Below are positions 8,796 to 18,434 of a stretch of DNA of 57,917 bases, piece after piece. Position 1 is the first letter of the stretch; each line of letters starts with the position of its first letter. This stretch comes from a virus (taxonomy: Duplodnaviria > Caudoviricetes). The notes under the pieces were generated by a model. It was not told the origin of the DNA. It made no database searches and was given only the letters and a program-made list of their open reading frames with translations. The stretch lies in the IMG/VR virus record IMGVR_UViG_3300043409_000324, positions 1 through 57,917 of that record, one strand, 5' to 3'. A program made the position numbers and the translations under genes.

Positions 8796-9656
8796 ATGAC
8801 AGAAGCGGTAATTAATCAGAATCAACAAGCTCAGGCTTTCTCTCCCTTTGGTAAACGTAATGCTAACAAGGATAGGATTGAACAAGAAGAGGCTGAGTTG
8901 AAACAATTGGCTGAAGATAAGAGCAGCCCTCAAGAACCACAGGATGGTGAGGACAGCAACTTAAGCGCAGAAGAGAAAAGCTTTAAGAAGCGTTATGGAG
9001 ATCTGCGTAGACATTCTCAGCAACAGCAAGTGGGCTTGCAAAAGCAAATTGATGAGCTTCGCTCACAGCTACAGCAAAGTACAGAGCAGCAAATCAAGCT
9101 TCCTAAGAGTGAAGAAGAGTTGAATGAGTGGGCTAAAGCCTATCCTGATGTTGCAAAGATTGTTGAAACCATTGCAATTAAAAAGGCTAAGGAACAAACT
9201 CAAGCATTGGATGAACGATTCAAACAGCTAGATGAGCGTGAGCATAAGACATCTAAGGATAAGGCAGAATCTGAATTGATGCGTTTACATCCAGACTTTG
9301 ATGTTATTCGTGATGATGATGACTTTCACAACTGGGTTGAAGAACAACCTAAATGGATTCAAGACGCTTTGTATGATAATGAGAGTGATGCCGTGTCTGC
9401 TGCTCGGGCTATCGACTTATACAAAGCTGATAAAGGTATTAAGACCAAGAAAACTACACCAGATAAGGGTGCTGCTGAAAGCGTAAATACCCGTGGTAGT
9501 CGTTCTGCACCTACAGGTGAGAGCAAAGATGGTGTCTTTTATGAGTCACAGGTAAGTAAAATGTCTACCTTTGAGTACGAAAAGAATCAAGAAGCTATTG
9601 CTAAAGCATTACAATCAGGTAAGTTTGTATACGATATTAGCGGAAGTGCTCGTTAA
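8796..9656 (+). CDS. capsid scaffolding protein
   Basis: Acidic coiled-coil (FKKRYGDLRRH, HPDF) immediately upstream of MCP. Confidence 0.8.
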   Translation: MTEAVINQNQQAQAFSPFGKRNANKDRIEQEEAELKQLAEDKSSPQEPQDGEDSNLSAEEKSFKKRYGDLRRHSQQQQVGLQKQIDELRSQLQQSTEQQIKLPKSEEELNEWAKAYPDVAKIVETIAIKKAKEQTQALDERFKQLDEREHKTSKDKAESELMRLHPDFDVIRDDDDFHNWVEEQPKWIQDALYDNESDAVSAARAIDLYKADKGIKTKKTTPDKGAAESVNTRGSRSAPTGESKDGVFYESQVSKMSTFEYEKNQEAIAKALQSGKFVYDISGSAR

Positions 9657-9659
9657 GTA

Positions 9660-9688
9660 TTGACAAACCTGAAACAACTGGTATAACT
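9660..9688 (+). promoter_or_regulatory. promoter upstream of major capsid gene
   Basis: TTGACA-N16-TATAAC(T) with TG extension. Confidence 0.65.
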
Positions 9689-9925
9689 TTAAGCAGGACT
9701 AGGTACCTAGTCTTGCTCCTATGGGCCGTAACAATGCTAGCTACCATACCCCATAGAGTTATCTGTCACGCAAAACAATAAACTGTCAGAACAACCTGAA
9801 GTTTGTTGGCCTGTATAGACAAGTGGAGGCATCCCTGTTCTATACACACCCATCAAATACAGCCTCTGTGGTGATGTTCAGCGTATTTAATTATATGCCT
9901 AACACATATCTAGGAGGATATTAAA

Positions 9926-10996
9926 ATGGCCTTTCCAAAAGCAGTTGGCTACGGGAATCTACCTAATGGTAATTTCTCGCCAGTCATCTATTCAAAGCAA
10001 GTACAACTTGCATTCCGTAAAGCGTCTACTGTTGAAGACATCACCAATAATGATTACTTTGGTGAAATCGCAAACATGGGCGACAGTGTCAAAATCATTA
10101 AAGAACCTGAAGTGTCTGTTCAAAGCTACGCCCGTGGCACACAGATCACTGCTCAAGATCTGAATGATGACGACTTCACATTGGTTGTTGACCAAGCCAA
10201 CTACTACGCTTTCAAGATTGATGACATCGAAGCAGCTCACTCACATGTGAACTTCATGCAGATGGCTTCTGATCGTGCAGCGTATCGTTTGCGTGATCAG
10301 TATGACCAAGATGTATTGGGTTACTTGTCTGGCTTTAGACAGTCTGCCAAGCATGTCAATCCTGACACAGCTCGTACAGCAGCCGCTGGTACTAATGCAA
10401 TTACTGCTGCTGGTGCTGATGAGTTGTTGGCTACTATGAAGCTGAAAAAGGGTAGTTTTACCAACATCACTACTGGCTCTGCTGGTGAGCATTCAATTCC
10501 TTTGACTCCTCGCCTTCCCGGTGCTACAGCCCTCCCAACAGCAACAGCTTCTCCTTTGATGGTGATTGCTCGTATGGGTCGTCTGTTGGACACGCAGTTT
10601 GTAGATTCTGCTGGTCGTTGGTTGGTTGTCGATCCCATCTTTGTTGAGATGTTGAAAGACGAAGACAGCCGTATGTTGAATGGTGACTTTGGTGGTTCTG
10701 GTTTGCAGAACGGCTTGGTCATTAACAACTTGCACGGCTTCCGTGTGTATGTTTCTAACAACCTACCTAAAGTTGGTGGTGGTGCTGGTACTGCAGGTAC
10801 TGCAAACCAAAACACTGACTTTGGTGTGATTGTTGCTGGTCATGATTCTGCTGTTGCAACTGCTCAGCAAATTACTAAGACCGAGACATATCGTGATCCC
10901 GACAGCTTCGCTGACATCGTGCGTGGTATGCATCTTTATGGTCGTAAAATCTTGCGTCCTGAAGGCATCGTCACTGCTAAATACAACGCTGCTTAA
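9926..10996 (+). CDS. major capsid protein (HMO-2011-like)
   Basis: AGGAGG RBS; N-terminus GYGNLPNGNFSPVIYSKQVQLAFRK and C-terminus RDPDSFADIVRGMHLYGRKILRPE; strongly biased codon use. Confidence 0.93.
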   Translation: MAFPKAVGYGNLPNGNFSPVIYSKQVQLAFRKASTVEDITNNDYFGEIANMGDSVKIIKEPEVSVQSYARGTQITAQDLNDDDFTLVVDQANYYAFKIDDIEAAHSHVNFMQMASDRAAYRLRDQYDQDVLGYLSGFRQSAKHVNPDTARTAAAGTNAITAAGADELLATMKLKKGSFTNITTGSAGEHSIPLTPRLPGATALPTATASPLMVIARMGRLLDTQFVDSAGRWLVVDPIFVEMLKDEDSRMLNGDFGGSGLQNGLVINNLHGFRVYVSNNLPKVGGGAGTAGTANQNTDFGVIVAGHDSAVATAQQITKTETYRDPDSFADIVRGMHLYGRKILRPEGIVTAKYNAA

Positions 10997-11007
10997 GGAG
11001 AAACTAA

Positions 11008-11502
11008 ATGGCAACTATTACTACTCTCTCAAACGCTGTTGGTGCAGGTACACAACCTAGCCGTAGTCTTCGCAACATGCCTTATGTTGTTGAAAACACT
11101 ATTAGCTGGTCTGCTGCTGTAACAGCTAAAGGCTCTGCCTTGGCTGCTGCTGATGTGATTGAAGCTCTTCAGATTCCTGCACAATCTATTGTGTTGGCTG
11201 CTGGCTTTGAAGTACTCACTGCAGCTACTGGTAGCTGTACAGTTAGCTTGGGTGTTACTGGTGTTACTGCTGCTGCTTATGTCTCTGCTTTTGCAGTGAC
11301 TAGCTCAGCTACTGCCGGAACCTATGCAACTCCAGCGGCTGCTGGCTATCCAATCGTGGTTGGAGCTGCTGACACATTGGACTTGCTGTTGGTTACTGAA
11401 ACCACTACATTAAGTGCTGGTTCAATCCGTGTCTTTGCTGTCATCGTTGACGCACAAGACCGTGTTGGTCCTGCTTCTGTAGACCGTGAGCAACTGGCCT
11501 AA
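11008..11502 (+). CDS. capsid decoration/minor capsid protein
   Basis: Strong RBS, Ala-rich beta protein co-transcribed with MCP before the terminator. Confidence 0.65.
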   Translation: MATITTLSNAVGAGTQPSRSLRNMPYVVENTISWSAAVTAKGSALAAADVIEALQIPAQSIVLAAGFEVLTAATGSCTVSLGVTGVTAAAYVSAFAVTSSATAGTYATPAAAGYPIVVGAADTLDLLLVTETTTLSAGSIRVFAVIVDAQDRVGPASVDREQLA

Positions 11503-11517
11503 TAGCTAGTTGATACT

Positions 11518-11545
11518 GGGAGGGGCTTAACCGCCTCTCCCTTTT
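11518..11545 (+). terminator. intrinsic terminator
   Basis: GGGAGGGGC-ttaacc-GCCTCTCCC followed by TTTT. Confidence 0.85.
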
Positions 11546-11559
11546 ATTGTTTAAAAAAT

Positions 11560-12270
11560 ATGTCTACATATCTTTCTTTAACGAATGAATTGCTACGAAG
11601 AATGGGTGAGGTCACTATGGACTCCACCGAATTCGATGGTGCTAGAAACATACAGTCTCTAGCAAAGAATGCTATCAATTCATCCGTTAGAGAATTGATG
11701 CACTCTGCACAAGAGTGGCCTTTTGCTCTTGTTACTTACACACAGACAATGACTGTGGGAACAGGAACATATTCTTTTCCTGCCACTTTGTCTAGTGTTG
11801 ATTGGGAAAGTTTCTATCTTAAGAAACTAACAGCAGCAGATAATGATCCTACTCGTCTGTCTGTTCTTACATATGTTGACTACTTAGACAACTATCGTCC
11901 CGGTGAGGACATGAATGGTACTGGTGGTTATGGTGTTCCCATTGCTGCTTATCAAACACAAGAATCTAAGTTTGGTGTGACTCCATTGCCTGATCAGGCT
12001 TATGAAGTTGAGTATAAGTATTGGTCTTTCCCTGCTGACTTAGCAGTATCTACTGATACATGTATTGTTCCAGATAGATTTACCAGTGTCTTACTTGATG
12101 GTGCTATGTTCTATATGCTCATGTTCAGGTCTAATGAACAAGGTGCATCCATTTATAAAGACAAGTTCGACAATGGCATTAGAATAATGCGTAGAGTATT
12201 GTTAGATGAGCCTTTGTATATGCGCTCAACGATGATTGTTAAGCCCTCGTTCAATCCTAGAGTGTTTTAA
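11560..12270 (+). CDS. tail adaptor / tail tubular protein A
   Basis: YLSLTNELLRRMGE N-terminus, WPF and P-P-D-Y motifs; position after capsid genes. Confidence 0.75.
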   Translation: MSTYLSLTNELLRRMGEVTMDSTEFDGARNIQSLAKNAINSSVRELMHSAQEWPFALVTYTQTMTVGTGTYSFPATLSSVDWESFYLKKLTAADNDPTRLSVLTYVDYLDNYRPGEDMNGTGGYGVPIAAYQTQESKFGVTPLPDQAYEVEYKYWSFPADLAVSTDTCIVPDRFTSVLLDGAMFYMLMFRSNEQGASIYKDKFDNGIRIMRRVLLDEPLYMRSTMIVKPSFNPRVF

Positions 12271-13826
12271 TGGCAGATAGAATTAGTGGTTATCCGGTAG
12301 TCTGTATTGGTGGAATGAACACCAATAAGGATGTACTGTCTCAAGGAGAAAGAGAACCCGGCTCTGCTATTCAGCTTATCAACTATGAGCCAGCTACAAC
12401 TGGTGGCTATAGAAGGATTAGTGGCTATAGTAATGACTATGGTACTTTAGCAGGTACAGGTAATGTGCTTGGTGTGTTTGTTTGTGAAGATATCAATAAT
12501 GGTATATTTGCATGTAGAAAGCCTTCAGCAGGTACAAACTATTTCTATAGGTGGAACACTGCTACTAGTGCTTGGGTTGCTGTAACAACTCCCGGCACTG
12601 TATCAATGGTGGGTGTTAAGAAGGTTAGGTTTACTCGCTACAATTGGGTGGGCGTTAAGATGGCTTTAGTGGATGGTGTTAATCCAGCAGCTATCTATGA
12701 TGGTACAACATACACACAAATCACACACACTAATGCACCAACAGCTCCTAAGTATTTAGCAGCTTTTAAGAATCATTTGTTTTTAGCTGGTGATCCGTCT
12801 GAGCCTTTCAATCTATACATCTCTTCTCCTTTAGCAGAGACTGATTTCAATCCAGCTAATGGTGCTGCTGTTATTAATGTAGGCTTTGAGATTGTACAGA
12901 TTAAAGCTTTTAGAGATACGTTGTATATCTTTGGTAAGAATGCTATTAAGAGTTTGACTGGCACTAATGTAGCTGACTTTGTTGTTAGTGAAGTGACAAC
13001 AAATCTAGGTTGTGTAGTACCTGACAGTGTGGTAGAACTGGGCGGTAGCTTAATATTTCTAGGACCAGATGGATTTAGACCTGTAGCAGGTACTAACAAG
13101 ATTGGTGACGTTGAGCTAGAAACTATTTCTAAGCAAATCCAATTTACAGTTAATGCCATCTTGCGTGAGCTTGTGGCTGAAGACATTGATCCAGAAACAT
13201 TAAGTTCTGTTGTTGTTAGAAAGAAGTCTCAGTTTAGATTCTTCATTCCAGCACAAGGAACTTTTGGATTGTTAGGTGGTTTGAGGGAAAGAGAAGGTGG
13301 GTTTGGTTTTGAATACTCACAACTCTTTGACTTCCCTGCTACCTGTGCTTCTAGTGGTTACATTGGTACTGATGAAGTAGTGATTCATGGTGACTCTACT
13401 GGTAAGGTACATAGACAGGAAAGTGGTAGCTCTTTTGCTGGTAGTGAAATTTTATCTGTCTATCAAACACCTTATTATTATTTCCAAGATCCTACAATTA
13501 GAAAGAACTTCTATAACCTCACTACGTTTTTACGAAGTGAGGGTGCTTCAACAATTAGTTTAGGTGTGTCATACGATTTTGATGATAGTCAGAATGTGTT
13601 CAATCCTGCTAACTATTCGATGACAACAACAGGGGCAGCAGCTTATTACAATGAAGCTGTCTATGATGCTGCTGCCATCTTCGATGGTAATCCATCACCA
13701 GTGGAAAAGACAAATATTGAAGGCTCTGGATTCTCCATTGCTTTTAAGTATGTGACTAACGATATAAATGCTAGTCATACAATTCAGGGCTTGGTCTTGA
13801 ATTATTCAATGAATGACAGACGCTAA
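12270..13826 (+). CDS. tail nozzle / tail tubular protein B
   Basis: 518 aa beta-propeller-like (GGMNT, GGYRRI, LGCV, DGFR); position. Confidence 0.75.
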   Translation: MADRISGYPVVCIGGMNTNKDVLSQGEREPGSAIQLINYEPATTGGYRRISGYSNDYGTLAGTGNVLGVFVCEDINNGIFACRKPSAGTNYFYRWNTATSAWVAVTTPGTVSMVGVKKVRFTRYNWVGVKMALVDGVNPAAIYDGTTYTQITHTNAPTAPKYLAAFKNHLFLAGDPSEPFNLYISSPLAETDFNPANGAAVINVGFEIVQIKAFRDTLYIFGKNAIKSLTGTNVADFVVSEVTTNLGCVVPDSVVELGGSLIFLGPDGFRPVAGTNKIGDVELETISKQIQFTVNAILRELVAEDIDPETLSSVVVRKKSQFRFFIPAQGTFGLLGGLREREGGFGFEYSQLFDFPATCASSGYIGTDEVVIHGDSTGKVHRQESGSSFAGSEILSVYQTPYYYFQDPTIRKNFYNLTTFLRSEGASTISLGVSYDFDDSQNVFNPANYSMTTTGAAAYYNEAVYDAAAIFDGNPSPVEKTNIEGSGFSIAFKYVTNDINASHTIQGLVLNYSMNDRR

Positions 13827-13837
13827 GGAGAACTACC

Positions 13838-15832
13838 TTGACAGGTTATGTAAGACAATCCGCTGCTGATATTGTACCTACCGCAGTTGTACGGGCAGCA
13901 CCAATTAACAATGAGTACAATGCTCTGCGTGATGCTTTTGCTACTGCTGGTGGACATAAGCACGATGGTACTGCTGCTGAAGGACACCCTGTTCCTGTCA
14001 TAGGTGACACTGACTTATTAAATAAGATTGCCACTGATACAGCTAACAATCGTCATGGTGTGTTTGTTGAGGTGGCTGCGGCTGCTGTTGAACAGGTGCG
14101 CTTCCAAGATGGTGCTATTGTTCCAGTGACAGACAATGACATTGACTTAGGTACAAGTGCTCTAGAATTTAAAGACTTGTACATTGATGGTACAGCTAAC
14201 ATTGACAGCTTAGTTGCTGACACTGCTGACATTAACGGAGGCACAGTTGATGGTGCAGTTATTGGTGCATCCACTGCAGCAGCAGCTACAGTAACAAACT
14301 TAACAGTTAACACAGCAGCAACCATTGCTTCTGCTGATATTAATGCAGGTACTATTGATGGTGCAGTGATTGGTGGAGCCTCTGCTCAAGCTATTACAGG
14401 CACTACAATTACATCCACTGTTGGATTTGTTGGCGGTCTTACTGGTAATGTCACTGGTAACACAGCAGGTACACATACTGGTCCTGTTGTTGGTAATGTC
14501 ACAGGTAACTTAACAGGTAATGTAACAGCTTCCTCTGGTTCTAGCACATTCAACAATGTAACTATCAATGGCACATTGGACATGGATGCTGCTTCTGCAT
14601 CTACCATCACTAACCTACCATCACCAACCAACTCAGGTGATGCTGCTAGTAAGGGGTATGTAGATGCACAAGTAGCTGCTATTGTTGATAGTGCTCCTGC
14701 TGCTTTGGATACATTGAATGAACTTGCAGCAGCCTTAGGTGATGATGCCAGCTTTGCAACCACAGTAACTACCTCTATTGCAGCTAAACTTCCTTTGGCT
14801 GGTGGCACTATGTCTGGTGCTATTGCAATGGGTACATCTAAGATTACAGGTCTTGGTACTCCAACAGCAGGTACGGATGCAACAACTAAAACTTATGTAG
14901 ACACTGCTGATGCTTTGAATCTACTTAAGTCTGGTGGCACTATGAGTGGTGCTATCGCAATGGGTACTAATAAGATCACTGGAATGGGTGATCCTACTAG
15001 TGCTCAAGACGCTGCCACTAAGAATTACATTGATGTATTGTTTGGAAGTACATCTTCTGCTGCTGCTTCTGCAGCCGCTGCTGCAACATCTGCATCTAAT
15101 GCAGCCACATCAGAAACCAATGCTGGTAACTCAGCCAGCACAGCATCAACTGCTGCTACTAATGCTGCTGCTAGTTATGATAGTTTTGATGATAGATATT
15201 TAGGAGCTAAGAGCAGTACCCCTACTTTAGATAATGACGGTAATGCTTTATTAACTGGTGCTTTGTATTGGGATACGGTAGCTAATCAGATGCGTGTCTA
15301 TACAGGTTCTGTGTGGGTAGCTGCTGGTTCTGCTGTTAATGGCACATCGTCTAGACAAACATATACAGCTACAGCAAGTCAAACTACATTTGCAATTACA
15401 TATGATGCAGGATTTGTTGATGTATACTTGAACGGTGTTAGGCTTGTAGCTGGTTCAGACTTTACTGCTAGTAGTGGTACAAACATTGTTCTAGCTACGG
15501 GAGCCGCTGTAAATGATATAGTTGATATCATTGCTTATGGTGCTTTTAGTTTAGCTAACACATACACACAAGCTGCTGCTGATGCTAAGTTTATGCAAGC
15601 AGCTAATAACTTATCAGAACTTACAAATGCTGCTACTGCTAGAACAAATCTTGGACTAGCTATAGGTACAGACGTACAAGCATACGATGCAGATCTTGCA
15701 GCTATTGCAGCATTGACACCAACAAATACATATCTCATTACTGGCAATGGTACATCGTGGACTTCTGCTGCACCACCAGCTAGTTTATCAGCAGGTAAAG
15801 CAATTGCTTTTGCAATAGTTATGGGCTTCTAA
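13838..15832 (+). CDS. tail fibre protein
   Basis: TTG start with AAGGAG RBS; GHKHDG, APAALDTLNELAAALGDD, repeated GGTMSGAIAMGTxKITG, and VDVYLNG motifs. Confidence 0.85.
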   Translation: MTGYVRQSAADIVPTAVVRAAPINNEYNALRDAFATAGGHKHDGTAAEGHPVPVIGDTDLLNKIATDTANNRHGVFVEVAAAAVEQVRFQDGAIVPVTDNDIDLGTSALEFKDLYIDGTANIDSLVADTADINGGTVDGAVIGASTAAAATVTNLTVNTAATIASADINAGTIDGAVIGGASAQAITGTTITSTVGFVGGLTGNVTGNTAGTHTGPVVGNVTGNLTGNVTASSGSSTFNNVTINGTLDMDAASASTITNLPSPTNSGDAASKGYVDAQVAAIVDSAPAALDTLNELAAALGDDASFATTVTTSIAAKLPLAGGTMSGAIAMGTSKITGLGTPTAGTDATTKTYVDTADALNLLKSGGTMSGAIAMGTNKITGMGDPTSAQDAATKNYIDVLFGSTSSAAASAAAAATSASNAATSETNAGNSASTASTAATNAAASYDSFDDRYLGAKSSTPTLDNDGNALLTGALYWDTVANQMRVYTGSVWVAAGSAVNGTSSRQTYTATASQTTFAITYDAGFVDVYLNGVRLVAGSDFTASSGTNIVLATGAAVNDIVDIIAYGAFSLANTYTQAAADAKFMQAANNLSELTNAATARTNLGLAIGTDVQAYDADLAAIAALTPTNTYLITGNGTSWTSAAPPASLSAGKAIAFAIVMGF

Positions 15833-15841
15833 GGAAAATTT

Positions 15842-16237
15842 ATGGCAAATCCAAATATCACCAATGTAACAGCCATCTATGGCAATACAACTTATCTCAC
15901 TCCATCAGCTACAACTGCTGTAGTGTTGTTACCTAATGCTGCATCCTCTGGTAAAGTTTTTAAAATCAATCAGATTGTTGCTGCCAATGTTAATGGCTCT
16001 TCTGCTGTTAACACCACTGTTTCTATTTATAGCAATGGTGCTGTAGCTCAAGGCTCTGCCCCTTCTGGTGGCACTGCATTCCCAATTGTATCTACTGTGT
16101 CTGTTCCTGCAACAGCTTCTTTAATTGTTACAGATAAAACAACAGCTATCTATTTACAAGAAGGAACTTCTATTACAGTTACTTCAGGTACAGCTAGTGG
16201 CATTACTTATAGCATTAGCTACGAAGAAATTAGCTAA
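15842..16237 (+). CDS. putative tail-associated beta protein
   Basis: MANPNI...YLQEG...SYEEIS, 131 aa, RBS present. Confidence 0.7.
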   Translation: MANPNITNVTAIYGNTTYLTPSATTAVVLLPNAASSGKVFKINQIVAANVNGSSAVNTTVSIYSNGAVAQGSAPSGGTAFPIVSTVSVPATASLIVTDKTTAIYLQEGTSITVTSGTASGITYSISYEEIS

Positions 16238-16248
16238 GGAATAACGCC

Positions 16249-17133
16249 ATGTCAATGCGTTACGAAGGTGGGTTCATCACTGCCACGTTTAATCCGTTAG
16301 CAGCCTCTATTGACTACTTGATCATAGCTGGTGGTGGTGGTGGAGGCACTGGTAATGGAGGAGGTGGTGGTGGTGCAGGTGGATTCCTTACAGCCAATGG
16401 ACTAAATCTTACAGCGGGTGTAACGTACCCAATTATAATTGGTGCTGGTGGGTCGGCTGTTACTGGAGCGTCTGCAGGGAATAGAGGTTCAAACTCATCC
16501 TTATCTATTTTTGGATCTCCTACCGCTATTGGTGGCGGTGGTGGAGGAGGCGATGGAAACGCAGGAAACCTTGCTGCTTTAAGTGGAGGTTCTGGTGGTG
16601 GTGGTACTGGTGGCGGTGGAAGCGTTGCTTTACCCGGAGCTTCTGGAACTTCTGGTCAAGGTAATGCTGGTGGGGCTGGCTATCACGCAGGTGGGTTTTA
16701 TATTGTTGGTGGTGGTGGTGGAGGTGCTGGTGCAGTTGGTGGAAATTCATCAACAGTTGCATCATCCGCTGGTGTTGGCGGTGTTGGTGGTGCAGGTACA
16801 GCATCAACAATTACAGGTTCTTCTGTAACTTATGCTGGTGGTGGAGGTGGTGGTGATCATTCCCTTGGGGTTTCTGGTGCTGGTGGTGCTGGCGGTGGTG
16901 GTGCAGGTGGTACACAAAATAGTCCAAATGGTGTTTCAGGAACTGCCAATACTGGTGGTGGTGGCGGTGGTGGTGGAAATATAAACAATTCACAGCCGGG
17001 TGCTGGTGGTTCTGGTGTTGTAATTATTCGCAGCCTATCTGCAGCTACAGCTACTACAGGTTCTCCAACTGTGTCTTACAGCACCCAGTACACCATCTAC
17101 ACCTTCACATCTTCTGGCTCAATAAGGTTCTGA
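16249..17133 (+). CDS. glycine-rich domain tail protein
   Basis: YLIIAGGGGGG...GGSGVVIIR architecture. Confidence 0.8.
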   Translation: MSMRYEGGFITATFNPLAASIDYLIIAGGGGGGTGNGGGGGGAGGFLTANGLNLTAGVTYPIIIGAGGSAVTGASAGNRGSNSSLSIFGSPTAIGGGGGGGDGNAGNLAALSGGSGGGGTGGGGSVALPGASGTSGQGNAGGAGYHAGGFYIVGGGGGGAGAVGGNSSTVASSAGVGGVGGAGTASTITGSSVTYAGGGGGGDHSLGVSGAGGAGGGGAGGTQNSPNGVSGTANTGGGGGGGGNINNSQPGAGGSGVVIIRSLSAATATTGSPTVSYSTQYTIYTFTSSGSIRF

Positions 17134-17140
17134 GGATAAT

Positions 17141-18007
17141 ATGACTCAATACGCAGGAATGTGGACACGCACACAGCAGATGCAAGCTAAAGAGGCAAGC
17201 AACTGGCCTTCTCCTAATCCCACATTTGTCAACTACTTAGTGGTTGCAGGTGCAGGTGGGGGTGGTCCCGGTGCAGGTGGTGGCGGTGGAGCAGGTGGTT
17301 TATTAAGTGGCTCAAGCATGGCACTTACTGCCGGAACTACATACACAGTTACTGTGGGAGCAGGTGGTACTGGAGGTGGTGTTTATCCCGGTAGTTACGC
17401 AGATGCCACTGGAGGCACAGCCTCTACATTTAATGCAATCTCTACAACTGGTGGTGGTCGTGGAGGTGGTCAAAATTCACGGGGAATTGATGGTGGCTCA
17501 GGCGGTGGTGGTGGTGGTGGAACCAATGCACCAAATGAACAAAATGCAGGTACTGGAGTTGCTGGACAAGGTAATGCGGGTGCTGCAGGTGTTCAAAATA
17601 GTCGGGGTGGTGGTGGCGGTGGTGCAGGTGCAGCAGGTAGTGGATACACTGGTGGTGATGGCTTAACTTCATCCATTACTGGAACATCTGTTTATTATGC
17701 TGGCGGTGGTGGTTCTGGTGGTTATCAAAACAATACATTTGGTAATGGAGGCCAAGGAGGTGGTGGTGCAGGTACTGGTAATAATGCTTCTCCCGGTGTA
17801 GCAGGAACTGCAAACACTGGTGGCGGTGGCGGTGGTGGTGGAGAAGGTAGTACTTTTAGTACTGCTGGTGGAGGTAACGGTGGATCTGGTGTAGTAATTA
17901 TTTCTTCATCCACAGCAGCCTCATCTACCACAGGTTCTCCAACAGTAACCACAAGTGGCGGCAACACTATTTATAAATTTACAGCCTCTGGCTCAATTAC
18001 ATTCTGA
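17141..18007 (+). CDS. glycine-rich domain tail protein (paralog)
   Basis: YLVVAGAGGG...GGSGVVII...FTASGSITF. Confidence 0.8.
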   Translation: MTQYAGMWTRTQQMQAKEASNWPSPNPTFVNYLVVAGAGGGGPGAGGGGGAGGLLSGSSMALTAGTTYTVTVGAGGTGGGVYPGSYADATGGTASTFNAISTTGGGRGGGQNSRGIDGGSGGGGGGGTNAPNEQNAGTGVAGQGNAGAAGVQNSRGGGGGGAGAAGSGYTGGDGLTSSITGTSVYYAGGGGSGGYQNNTFGNGGQGGGGAGTGNNASPGVAGTANTGGGGGGGGEGSTFSTAGGGNGGSGVVIISSSTAASSTTGSPTVTTSGGNTIYKFTASGSITF

Positions 18008-18014
18008 GGACAAC

Positions 18015-18434
18015 ATGGCACATTTTGCAAAAGTAGAAAACGGTATTGTTACACAAGTTATTGTGGCTGAACAGGACGTTATTGATTCTGGAATGTTTGG
18101 CACAGGTTGGGTGCAAACTTCTTATAACACTCATGGTGGTTGGCATCCCAATGGTCGTCCCTTGCGTAAGAACTACGCAGGTATTGGTTACATCTATGAC
18201 ATTTCCCGTGATGCGTTTATCCCGCCCAAGCTCAATGCGTCTTGGACATTGGATGAGGAAACTTGTCTTTGGATTGTTCCAGCTAGCGACCTTACAACAG
18301 AAACCGCAGTTGTGGATAACACCAATGGTGCTGATACCATCATTATTGAAATGAGTTCAAACGGTGCTGATAGTATTGTTGGCGGGGCGGATTCTATTAC
18401 GGGTGGTATAGATTTAGGTAACGGAGGCGTTTAA
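18015..18434 (+). CDS. tail-associated protein (MAHFAK...QTSYN...RKNYAGIG family)
   Basis: Start re-called at MAHFAK with GAGGA RBS. Confidence 0.75.
   Translation: MAHFAKVENGIVTQVIVAEQDVIDSGMFGTGWVQTSYNTHGGWHPNGRPLRKNYAGIGYIYDISRDAFIPPKLNASWTLDEETCLWIVPASDLTTETAVVDNTNGADTIIIEMSSNGADSIVGGADSITGGIDLGNGGV

Noticed and set aside
16249-18007. Similar 3' ends of the Gly-rich paralogs as a diversity-generating retroelement TR/VR pair
   Set aside because: No reverse transcriptase gene, and the differences are not adenine-specific.
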